Source: the human T2T-CHM13v2.0 reference genome, Homo sapiens
DNA length: 64,000 bases
Strand: one strand, 5' to 3'
Assembly (NCBI RefSeq): GCF_009914755.1
Contig: NC_060930.1
Below the pieces are notes generated by a model. The model saw only the letters and a program-made list of their open reading frames with translations, ran no database searches and was not told the origin of the DNA. Position 1 is the stretch's first letter; each line of letters starts with the position of its first letter. A program made the translations under genes and the position numbers. This document shows, piece after piece, positions 47,401-64,000 of this stretch.

Positions 47401-49819
47401 TTTTTTTTTTTTTTTTTTGAGACGGAGTCTCTGTCTCCCAGGCTGGAGTGTAGTGGCGCGATCTGGACTCACTGCAATCTCCACCTCCTGGGTTCAATTT
47501 TTGTAGAGACAGGGTTTCACCATGTTGGCCAGGCAGCTCTCGAACTCCTGACCTCAAGTGATCCGCCTGCCTTGGCCTCCCACAGTGCTGGGATTACAGG
47601 CGTGAGCCACCATGTTGGGCCAGCTCTGTTGATTTCCTGATCTTCCTCCAGAAGACCATTTTCTGGGAGGTGCCCTGGAGCCAGCTCAGCATCCAGAGGC
47701 CAGGAGGCCCCAGAGGCTGTCCTTGGCTGCCGCTTGCTCATCATGGGCCATGGCCCATTCTGAGCTGTCCAGCTGCTCTCCTTAGGGACCTTTTCTTCCC
47801 CACATGGGATTGGGAGTCCTCCTTGGGCTGAAACACTCCAAGGCAACTTGGGAAACCTTTGGGTGAAGGAGATGTGGCCAGGGGAGGCTGCACCTGGTAG
47901 CTGGGTCTTCCTGGAGGGACCACTCTGATGCCATCTGCCTCACCCCTTTACCTTCTCCCAGCTTGCAGGCCAAGTGTCCCGATGCTTCTCTCTTTGTTAT
48001 CCACTGCACCATGCATCACTGTCCTCCTTGGGTCTGTCCGGACTTTCCCTGCACACCTTCCTTGCCTCCAGTCAAGGACTGTGGGCTGCCAGGCCCGTTG
48101 TATTCCTGTTCATTGCTGGAACTGTGGGCCCCTAATGGGCTGGATCTGGGGCACTCAGCAGATTTCAGAAGTTGGAGCTAGGGCCTGGGTGTTGGGCACA
48201 CCCTGTGTTTATGGACACAGGGCAGGAAGTGGTTGGTACACATCTCCCTCGCAGCCTGGTGTTGAGGAACACCATGGGCCCCCTGGTGGATTGTCTTCCC
48301 AGTGGGCATTGCCTTCTGCTTCCTTAGTTGGGAGTGGTTTCCCATACCTGTAACTCTGACATGCGTGGAAAGAATAGGCTCTGGCAGAGAGAATAACCTC
48401 CCATCACAACCACCCCCATCCCCAGAGAGTCTGTCTGCATTTACTGCCTGTCCCACTGCCAGCTACCTTCTCAGGATACTCCTTGCCTAGCAAGCCAGAT
48501 CGCCTCTGGCCATGGAAGCCCTGGGGATAAATACATGCTGTAGGGCCAGGGAGTGGGGCTTGAGGTCAGGGTGAGGCAGGAGGAGCTAGAGGATGTGTGG
48601 CAACTAGAGCCAGGGCTGCAGGGTGTGGAGTGAAGCAGCCTTCCCTACAGGATTGCTGGACACCCAAGTGCGTTTGTGTCCTCCCTGCCTGCCTGCCGTT
48701 CATGCAGGTGTTTCGGTACCAAGAGGACAGCACAGGCCTTGCCAGGAATAGGGACAAGGGAGTACAGAGGAATAGAGGAGGGGCACACAAAGGGGCCTGC
48801 AGAGAGAAAGGGCTTCCTGAGATGACTGGGGAGCACATGGGGGAAGGGAGCTGGGACCTGGACCCTCTGTAGAGAAGGGGAAAGGCAGAGACCAACTCTC
48901 TGAGCTGCCCCTTTACTTTGTAGAAGCTCTTGACTGCTCGCATCTCTCACTCTTCCATCTCTGGCCATACCCTGTTTTCCAACTCACGCACCCCACACAT
49001 TTACCCTCTGAGTATCAGAATCCACATACCCAGGTGGGTTTAGGACTTTCTAGGCCTCTCCCTCAGGCCATAGGAGCACCCACCCCGGGCTCCTCTGGAG
49101 GGGCAGCCCCAAGGAACCTGTTGGGGTAACTTGTTTGCTCCCCACACCCCGGGAATGTGCCGTCCTTTCAGGCCCGCCCACCCGGATTCCTGTGCAGGGA
49201 GTCAGCCGACACAGCATGTTGCATGTGCCCTGTGGGGACACGTTCTGCCTCCTGTCAGGGGGAGGAGGCTGGCGGCCGTGCCTGTGCTGCCGCACCTCAG
49301 CTCCCCACCGAACCCCAAACCAGGGCCCAGGCTGTCCAGACAGAGGAGGGAGACCACTCCTGCTTCCCCACCCTCCCTACCCTCTCACCATTCTCCCTGC
49401 CCCGGGCCCTGTTGGAATGTGACAGGAGTCATGGCCAGGGCATGTCCCGACAGTGGGAACACATGCTTTAGCCCGCAAGGCTTCCCTCAACCTCCAGCTC
49501 TGTTTAGGTTGATGGGGGCGGGAAGAGATTGTTTTTTCTGCCCAGAAGGCCACCTGAGGTTACTGCCTGATCACTGGTGGCTGCTGCCCCCGTGCTGCAA
49601 CCCAGCTAATTACAGGTGGGGGCCAGGGAGGGGTGTGCACCCATCTCTGAACCTCAGGAGGCCGGAGGGGCTCTCACAGGTCACTCAGTCCAGCCACCTC
49701 TGTGTAGATAAGGAACTGAGCTATCCAGTGAGGAAGGGCATTACACAGGGCCCCACAGTGTCAGTGCTGAGCCTGGAGCCCAGGTGTCTCCAACTCCCCC
49801 GACTGGGGTTTTCTTCACG

Positions 49820-50072
49820 AGTGTTCCTCAGCCTTGGCACTCTGGATATTTTCTATTGGGAATCATTTGTGGTGGGAGTTGCCCTATGGTTGTGGGATGA
49901 CCAAAGCATCCCCGGCTTCTACCCACTAGGTGCCAGTGGCACTCCTTCCCTCCAGGTTTCGACAACCAAAAATGTCTCCAGACACTTGCCAGACGTCCCT
50001 GGGGAAGGAGAGTGGGCGCCAGACGTCCCTGGGGAAGGAGGGTGGACAGAGTTGCCTGGTTGAGAGCTACTG
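49820..50072 (+). mobile_element. MER20-like hAT-Charlie DNA transposon with an internal ~30-bp tandem duplication (49988-50045)
   Basis: ctcagccttggcact..agcatcccc..ctacccactag..gccag..caaccaaaaatgtctccagaca..gttgaga..actg; gccagacgtccctggggaaggag occurs twice. Confidence 0.75.
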
Positions 50073-50629
50073 CTCTGTGTTGCTCCCTTTTCAGATTTCT
50101 TCTCCTAGCCCTATGCCTCCTCATTGCAAAGGCCGGTGACCATCATTATACACCAAATAGCCTTGGGCCTCCTTCTGGAAATGCTAGGTGCTCTCTTTCC
50201 ATCATTTTCTCTATCTTCTTGGATCTCTGTGAGGCTTTTTCCTGGTGTTCTCATTTGTAACCCATGTTCCCCAAATCTCTTAGTTGTTTCCAAACTCTGA
50301 GAGGCTTGGGAGATGAGGACCGATGTGGAGTAGGGACAGGACGGAACCGGACCTATTCCAGAATTGGGCAATGTGCTGAGACCATGAACACACAGACACA
50401 TGTATCTCATCTGGGCCTGTGACAGTACTGTCATGGAGAAAGGCAGGAACCCAGTGCTTCCAGTCATCTGCCTCCAGCCGCTTTCCCCTCAGGCCCTCTG
50501 TTTCATGGCCTTCCTGCCGTGGTTCTCCCTGGGGGGCCTTCCAGGTCCCAGACTGGGCAGCAGGCCTGTAGCACTGACAGACAGGCGGCTGACACCTGGT
50601 TTCCACTTTCTTCCCTTCTCTGGTTTCAG

Positions 50630-50726
50630 GAGCTGTGGCTAAAGGAAGTGGAGGGGCCGTGGGATGCGGAGAGCCGAGGGCTAACTCCCGGACAGCGGAA
50701 CAGAGAGAGCTGCCGACAAACAGACG
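50630..50726 (+). other. TJAP1: Probable TJAP1 5'-UTR exon containing a 6-codon uORF (50664-50684, MRRAEG)
   Basis: Strong pyrimidine tract + tttcag| acceptor; ACG|gtatgt donor. Confidence 0.65.
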
Positions 50727-51057
50727 GTATGTCCCTGATGAGGCCTGTGCCCTCAGCCTGGCTCTCTTCTGGGGAGGGGCAGGTGAGGGGGCAGCCAAGT
50801 GTTCTCTCTCGGCGGGGGCTGGTGAAAAGAGTGGTGGAGGCCACAGGGGTTTGGTCATCAGTGGCTGAGGCCAGAGAGCTCTCTTGGGCCTTGAGACTCC
50901 CACTGGGGATCCTGGATTGTATCCCCAAACTCACATTTTTGGTTATGATTTTTTTTAAACTAACATTTATTCAACATTTCCTAAGTGTTTTACATCATCT
51001 TCCCAACAACCCTATGAATTGGTGCTATTCTTAACTGGAATCAGTAGCTCACACCTA

Positions 51058-51378
<321 letters not shown>

Positions 51379-51750
51379 TTACCTTCTGAGGCCTTCAGAG
51401 CCCACAAAGGAGAGTGGTAAGGAGGGTGGTGGGCTGCTTTGAAGCTCCCTGTCCCACTCTTAGAACCTAGGTGTTCAGGCCCTAGGCCCTGCCTTTCCCA
51501 CCCATCTGTTCCCCGTTGGACCCATGCCCCACCCTCCAGCACTCCTTTGACCTATGGGGACTGACACACCTAAGTCCTGCCCCTCTAGTGACTCCAGTAA
51601 TGGCCCAGGCCTGTCAGCCTATGTGGTGGCCTCAACATATGTCCCCTTTCACCATCTTTGTTTTTTCTCAGTCCAGAGTCCTTCTGGCCACATCTCTGAG
51701 CCTGCCTCCTTCTTGCTTCTCAGCAGGCGGAGGAGCCGTCACCTCCCAGA

Positions 51751-58594
<6,844 letters not shown>

Positions 58595-59272
58595 GGCCCC
58601 TGCTGGCCTTCCTGCCATTGCTGCACCAGGACTGCAAGGAGTCCCCACACCTTGGCAGCTCAGGGTCCCCAGTCCAAGCCCTTGACCTCTCCTCTATCCA
58701 GACCCGCACAGCTGTTTCCTGTGTGGATGGGGTCAGGTTGTGGGCCATGCCAGGCCTGTCAGCTGCGTTGACTGACTGCAGCAGCTTGCCTCATGGTTTT
58801 CCCTTTTTCTTAGAATATTTATTCTTCAGAGGTAACATGCAGTTGGGTCTCAAGACCTTTCCTCCAATCAGCCCAACCCAGCCCAGACTGGGCTTTTCTG
58901 GGGAGCTGAGGAGTTTATCAGTATTCATCTTCCATCCTTTCATAGTCACAAGTTTTGTTATTTTGTTTTTTTTTGGGGGTGATGGTGTAATTGTTAACCT
59001 CATTTCCGTTTCCTACCTGTTTGCTTCCCCCCCCAGTCCTCCGCATGAGCTGTTGCCCTCCAGGGGCCTGGCACAGCTGGCCTTGGGGACGAGGGAGAGG
59101 ACTGATTCAGGGCCCCCTCAGCTGTCTCCTCCCTCCCTCTGGAAAGGAGGGTGGGGCTCAGGGGCCTCAAGCTGGGCTCTGTGTGAGGCCTGGCCCCCAC
59201 TCCCAACCTTGGCTCTAGACTGTTACTCTTAAGCTTTGAGAAATTTTCACATTGATGACTATTTTAAAATCA

Positions 59273-59278
59273 AATAAA
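59273..59278 (+). terminator. AATAAA poly(A) signal of TJAP1
   Basis: Canonical hexamer ~680 nt after the stop. Confidence 0.8.
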
Positions 59279-59622
59279 ACTATTTTACTGGTATGGCCTA
59301 ACTTGTCTTAATGACCTCCCCTCTCCCACTTTTCTCCCCATTCATAAGTATTCCCAGTCCTAGTCTCATCCTAGTCGGCTAGTGACTCCCCCTCGCCCCA
59401 CTCTGCCTAGGGTTTCCCTAGGCACAGAGCATCAGGGAGCGGGAAAGGGGGCACCTTAAGTAACCTTAGCAGGGTTCCTGAGTCTTCCCTCGGAGGCAGG
59501 GACCATATCTTTATGGGGCTAGTGTAAGGTGTTGCCTCAGAGGCCTGGGTTCTAGGCCTGGCCAGGCCTATTTTGAGATCCTGGACCAGGTCACGCAGCT
59601 TAGAGCTTGGGCTGTGCGATGC

Positions 59623-59641
59623 TACTGCCCCCTAGTGGTGC
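59623..59641 (-). promoter_or_regulatory. CTCF consensus site between the TJAP1 and LRRC73 3' ends
   Basis: The minus strand reads CACCACTAGGGGGCAGTA, matching the CTCF core CCASYAGRKGGCRS. Confidence 0.65.
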
Positions 59642-59976
59642 TTACTGGTAGTTCCAATTCCTCCCCTACTGCCGGCCCCAAGTGACTACAGCCACACGAC
59701 AGGTTGTGGAGTTCATAAAATCTTTTCCGAGCCAGCGGGTTGCAGCCAGAGCTGCCAAGTTCAAAGGCATTGCCGTGGGTTCAAGTGCCCCCCAAGGCTG
59801 TTGCTCAGTCACAGCTTCCAGAGCTTCCTTCCCACCACACTGCCAGGAGCTGCCAGAGCCCCCATGCAGCCCCTGACCCCAGTTCCCTCCCAAGTCCCAG
59901 GGCCTGACCCTGATATCTGGGGCAAGGTGCTCGGGACATAGATAAGTGAAATGGTGTGCAGAGGCCCAGTGGAGAG

Positions 59977-60047
59977 TCACATCTCGGTCTCAGCCAACAG
60001 ACTGTCCCCTAGTCCTGACGTCATTAGCACCATCTGAGAGCTGGGAT
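59977..60047 (-). CDS. LRRC73: LRRC73 last coding exon
   Basis: ccacag|AT; DPSSQMVLMTSGLGDSLLAETEM-TGA. Confidence 0.87.
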
Positions 60048-62524
60048 CTGTGGAAGGGCAGAGAAGTGTTCAGACCACCATTCCTTCCTCCAATGGGGAC
60101 CACAGATAGGTGAGAGCCTAGGTTCTGCACACCCACTCTCCCTTGTCCCGAGCCTCTTCCAGACCTGGCTCTGATCAACCCTCTGGGTTCTTACCGCTGG
60201 GGCACATCCAGGAGCTGCTGCCTCTCTGGTGGGCAGCAGGCTCCCGCCCTCTCTCCCATTCCTGGGTGTCGCCAGCCCCTCCTGCCACTTCCTCCTCCTC
60301 CTCTCCCTCAGAGAGGAGGTCACAGATCTGTTGCTGCAGCTCTGGGCTAATGCTGTTCTCAGCCAACACCAGGCTCCGCAAAGCTGTGGGGTAATTTTCT
60401 ACCATGTCCAGCAGGGTCTGAAGTGGGGAAGAATATGGAAAAGGATGAACACAGTTAAGGCAGGTCCTCAGACCTCAACCTGCCATGCCTTAGGTATGTC
60501 ATCAGACACATAAACTAACCTCCACCCCATCCCCTGGCCGTGCCCAAACATGACGACTTCCCACCTGAGCTGACTGGTTGGTGAGCCCTGTGCCCTCCAA
60601 GTCTAGGACCTCTAGGGTACGACTAGAGGCCACAGCTACAGCCAGCATTCCTGCCACATGGTCACCTGGGGAGACAACACACGTGCACACATTCATACAC
60701 ATGCCTGCTAATCCTTACAGATAGCTTCCCCATTGCCTTAACAACTTTAGATACTAATCCCTGGCCAAGGAAACATGGACAATTGGTGGTGGTCAGGAAG
60801 GGATCATTGTGATTGGTGAGTGAAGGCACGAAGCAAGTTAGGCCCACGGGTGGTGACTGATGTTTTGATCTATTTGTTGGTCACCTGGTCCGCCACAAAG
60901 CTATCTCCTTGACCCCTGGGGGCTCCCGTTTCTCTTCCCTCTCCCAGTGTACGGGTTACCATGTCAACTGATGGTCCCAGGCTCTTGGATAGGGCATGAG
61001 GCAGTGACAGCCCAAGGGGGTATTCTTGAGCCTCACCCAGGGGGTTGTAATCCAGATTGAGGACGCGGACCTGGGAGCTGTGGGCCACGGCAATGGCAAG
61101 GCGGCTCCAGCCCTTAGGGGTGATGCCAGGGTTGGCACTCAGCGTTAGCTCCTTCAAGCCTGGGCAGCATCATAGCAAGAAACCAGAATAGGGAGGGTTA
61201 AGCCCTCCTCCAGCCCTTCCCCACAATCCCTGTGTCTCTGGGGTGTCCCTAGTGGCTGGGCACCACCTTACCCCCACCATAGAGGTCAAGAGCCATTAAG
61301 GAGGCCCATGCTTCCTCTGCCTGCCCCAGCCTGGATTCCTGAGTCTCCATGCTGCCCCCCGTCCTGCCCCTTCCTGAGAGGAGTAGAAAGATGTTCTCGC
61401 CCACATCATCAGAGCTCTGGGGCCACACCCCCTTCCCTCTGCATTTCGATTTTCATCACTGCCACACTAGCCCAAGCCCTCAACAGGGTCCTGCTCACCA
61501 GATTTGGCCCCATCTGGGGGCAGGAGGCCACAGATGAGGTTGATGGCTTCATCACCCAGCATGCAGTCCCCCAGGTCCAGAGCCACGAGGGCAGGGTGGA
61601 GGGCCAGGGCTGGGTTCAGCAAGGCCAGCCCCGCATCTGTCAGGGGGCTCCCATGCAGGCTGGAGGAGAGTGAGAGAGCAGGGTTACTGCAGTCCTCCGC
61701 ACTATCTACATGGGAAAGGGGCACTTTCACTTCTGTCAGCCCTAGGTATGGGGAGGGCAGTCACAGCGCTTGAGAGGCCTGGAAAAGGAGAAGGAAAGTT
61801 CTAGATTCTCAGGGAATACAGATAGAGGGAGAATTCGGTTTGTTTTCTGGGGCAGGGATCCAGGACATTGCACAGGGAGGGGCAGAGAAGGGGTGGGTGG
61901 GTGGTGGACCGGAACTCTGCAGTGGGCAGGGCTCTCGTCCCCACGGGGATATTCCCCCTTGGGAACCAAGGAGCTGCCCCAGTGAAGTAAATGCAGATGA
62001 TTAGGTGGGGAGGTACGGCCCCCACCTCATGTCAGGAACTGGTGGGTATCCCAACACGGCTAGGGTCGCGCGTGCAAAGTCCAAGCATGTGCTTGGAGGG
62101 TGCTGTGAAGGCATGGGCCGAGGCACGGTGTATGTGCATAAGGCATGTGAAGGTAGGATGGTACTGGAAGGAGTGTGGAGGAACAGGAGGTGCCAGGGGA
62201 GTGTATGGAAGGGTGCAGTGCCCGGGACCCCCTTGCGAGGGGGCGCACTCACAAGAGGGACTGGATGGAGCGGTTGGTCCGCAGAGCCTCAGCCAGCTGC
62301 TTGATGCGGCTGGGGCTGGACACGACGCCCAGGTTAAGGTTGAGCTGCGCCAGGGACGTGGCCCCGGCCAGGGCCCGGCAGATGCGGCCAAAGTCGCGGT
62401 CGCAGAGGCGGCAGCCGCGCAGTGAGAGCAGGCGCACGGCGTTGTCGCGAAGGCCGCGGCAGATGTCCCGCACCTCGGCGCCGGACAGCGGCTCCCCCGA
62501 AATCTGGATGGAGCTGGGCAGCAT
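59977..62524 (-). CDS. LRRC73: LRRC73 (C6orf154), RI-like leucine-rich repeat protein; exons 62524-62253, 61659-61499, 61159-61037, 60665-60565, 60417-60195, 60047-59977
   Basis: 272+161+123+101+223+71 = 951 nt = 316 aa + stop. LRR motifs LSLRGC, LDLGDC, LTLSAN, LNLDYN, LDLEGT, LVLAEN; ends LLAETEM. Confidence 0.93.
60195..60417 (-). CDS. LRRC73: LRRC73 exon 5
   Basis: cttcag|ACC, G|gtaaga; acidic EGEEEEEV stretch. Confidence 0.9.
60565..60665 (-). CDS. LRRC73: LRRC73 exon 4
   Basis: ccccag|GT, CAG|gtggga. Confidence 0.9.
61037..61159 (-). CDS. LRRC73: LRRC73 exon 3
   Basis: cccag|GC, G|gtgagg; LKELTLSANPGI... Confidence 0.9.
61499..61659 (-). CDS. LRRC73: LRRC73 exon 2
   Basis: ctccag|C, G|gtgagc; LHGSPLTDAGLALL... 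Confidence 0.9.
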
Positions 62525-63570
62525 CGTGCCCACGGCTGGGCCTCCGGGTACGGGGCCGGAACGGAGGTTGGTGGGGCCGCGGGCGGGGCCGGGGATAGGG
62601 CCGGGGTCGGGGCCCCGGCAGGGGTCGCGGGCGGAGTGGGGCCGGGGGTGGAGGCGGCGGCTGTGGCGGAGGCTGCGGCTGCGGCGGAGGCTGCGGCGGG
62701 GGCGGAGAAGAGCTACCGGGACTGAGCCGGAGCCGGCCAGAGGTGCGGAGGCGTCCAGGGCGCGGGCCGGGCTGAAGTGGGGCGGCGCTGGGGCGGGGGC
62801 GGCCCGCACGGTCCGTGTCTGGGCGTTGGGGCGGGTGCGCGTTCCGGGGGTTGGGCAGGCGCTGCTCGGCGCTTGTCCTTGTCCCTCGCGGTCGCGGCGG
62901 CGGCGGCGGCAGCGGCAGCGAGCGGCTCAAGGGCTTCGGCTTACCGGTCTCGGCTAGGAGGCCGTACCCGCTCCCTCCTTCTCTGCCGCCCGGCTCCCCC
63001 CGACCACCCCGCGGGCCTGGCCGCACGGCTGGCAGAGAGAGCCTGAGGCGGGCGGCTGGCGGCAGCTCCGGCTCCAGCTCCAGAGAGCGAGCGGGCGGCG
63101 AGTTCCCATGGCAACGGCCGCGTCACCGGCGCTCGCCCCGCCCCCTGCCCGGCCAAGGCCACGCCGGCCCGCGAGGTTCGCGTACACTGGGTGGTTCGGG
63201 GCAAGGAGCTGGGAGCGATAGGCCGCTCTTCCCTTGGGAGTGGGGTCAGCCAACTGGCAGGCGGCAGGCGGCAGGGCTGAGTGGGTAGGGCTGACGGGGA
63301 GCGGAATGGAGGCACGCCCCGTGGAGATGGCGTTGGGCACGGTTACTGCTGCTTCTGCCCATTCTTCCATCCTTCCCCGTTCCTAAGGTCCATACCCCCG
63401 CCGGAATCCAGGGCACTGTTCCCTCCTATTTGGAAGGCCCCAGGGCCCTTTCATCCGCGCCGCGCCTCGCTCCCGCCCCCGTGACTCGAGGCGCAGCGTG
63501 CGTGGTGATCCCGGCCCATGGGGACTTCCCCGCTTGCTCCTCGCCAAGATGGCGGCCTCATCAGGGAGGC
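62220..63570. promoter_or_regulatory. CpG island / LRRC73 promoter with RFX X-box (63102-63115), CRE half-site, GC box and YY1/TISU (63545-63556, + strand)
   Basis: High CpG density; GTTCCCATGGCAAC and CAAGATGGCGGC seen directly. Confidence 0.82.
62253..62524 (-). CDS. LRRC73: LRRC73 exon 1, coding part
   Basis: acgATGc start; TT|gtgagt donor. Confidence 0.9.
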
Positions 63571-64000
63571 CCCAGGGGCCACGGCTGGGCAGAGCCAGCT
63601 TGAGCTGCTGGGGAGAAGGGTACCCCATAGGGTCCCTAGGGCAGGGGAGCCTCAGATAGATGCAAGGTCCTGGTGCCACACCTTCTCAGGTACGCAGGGC
63701 ACTGTTGACATCTGAGGGTGTGTCCGTGCCGCGAGACTGGGGCAGCCAATACAAAGAAGGTGCCAGGGCCAGGGCCCTGGAGCACTGGTGAGGACGTGAA
63801 GGCGGCTGAGCCACACTGCACGGTGCAGGCGGTGCTGTCTCAACTTTGTCCTCTGGCCAGGGTGGTGGGGGACTCACTTGTGTAACGCAGGACAAATGAA
63901 GGGCACCTCTGTTTGTCCCTTTGTTAGGAGGGATAGATGCTGCTGACCCAGATTTACTAGTGTTAAGATGATTATTTTACATAAAATATAATATTCAATA

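Noticed and set aside
49131-50063. 310-aa ORF in the TJAP1 intron
   Set aside because: Non-ATG start, no recognisable domain, and it runs through MIR-like and MER20-like repeats.
58618-59232. 204-aa ORF directly after the TJAP1 stop
   Set aside because: Lies in the 3' UTR, starts at TTG, is out of frame with TJAP1 and has no recognisable domain.
62175-63026. 260-aa and 230-aa overlapping ORFs at LRRC73 exon 1
   Set aside because: Low-complexity Arg/Pro/Gly translations of a CpG island with GCG-type repeats.

Overview
Mammalian genomic DNA. The many Alus make it primate, and the protein sequences and gene order match human 6p21.1. Four spliced genes could be rebuilt from GT/AG sites and reading phase: the last six coding exons of ABCC10/MRP7 (+; end of TMD2 and NBD2), the complete DLK2 (-; 383 codons), the complete TJAP1/PILT (+; 557 codons with an optional 30-nt exon, 547 without) and the complete LRRC73 (-; 316 codons). 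There are three CpG-island promoters. The DLK2-TJAP1 intergenic region is Alu-dense and also holds a U6 retrocopy, a THE1 solo LTR, MLT1 LTRs and L1/L2/DNA-transposon relics. The top unexplained signal is a triplicated, microsatellite-containing unit in a TJAP1 intron that builds two complete, in-frame, stop-free 66-nt candidate cassette exons. Other notable signals: a ~177-bp near-identical inverted duplication of old L2 sequence 18 kb apart; a TISU/YY1 element encoding Met-Ala-Ala-stop at the TJAP1 start; a near-perfect RFX X-box at LRRC73; and overlapping ABCC10/DLK2 3' ends. No database searches were run. Gene and repeat-family names come from recognition, and most long ORF-track entries are Alu or GC-content artefacts.
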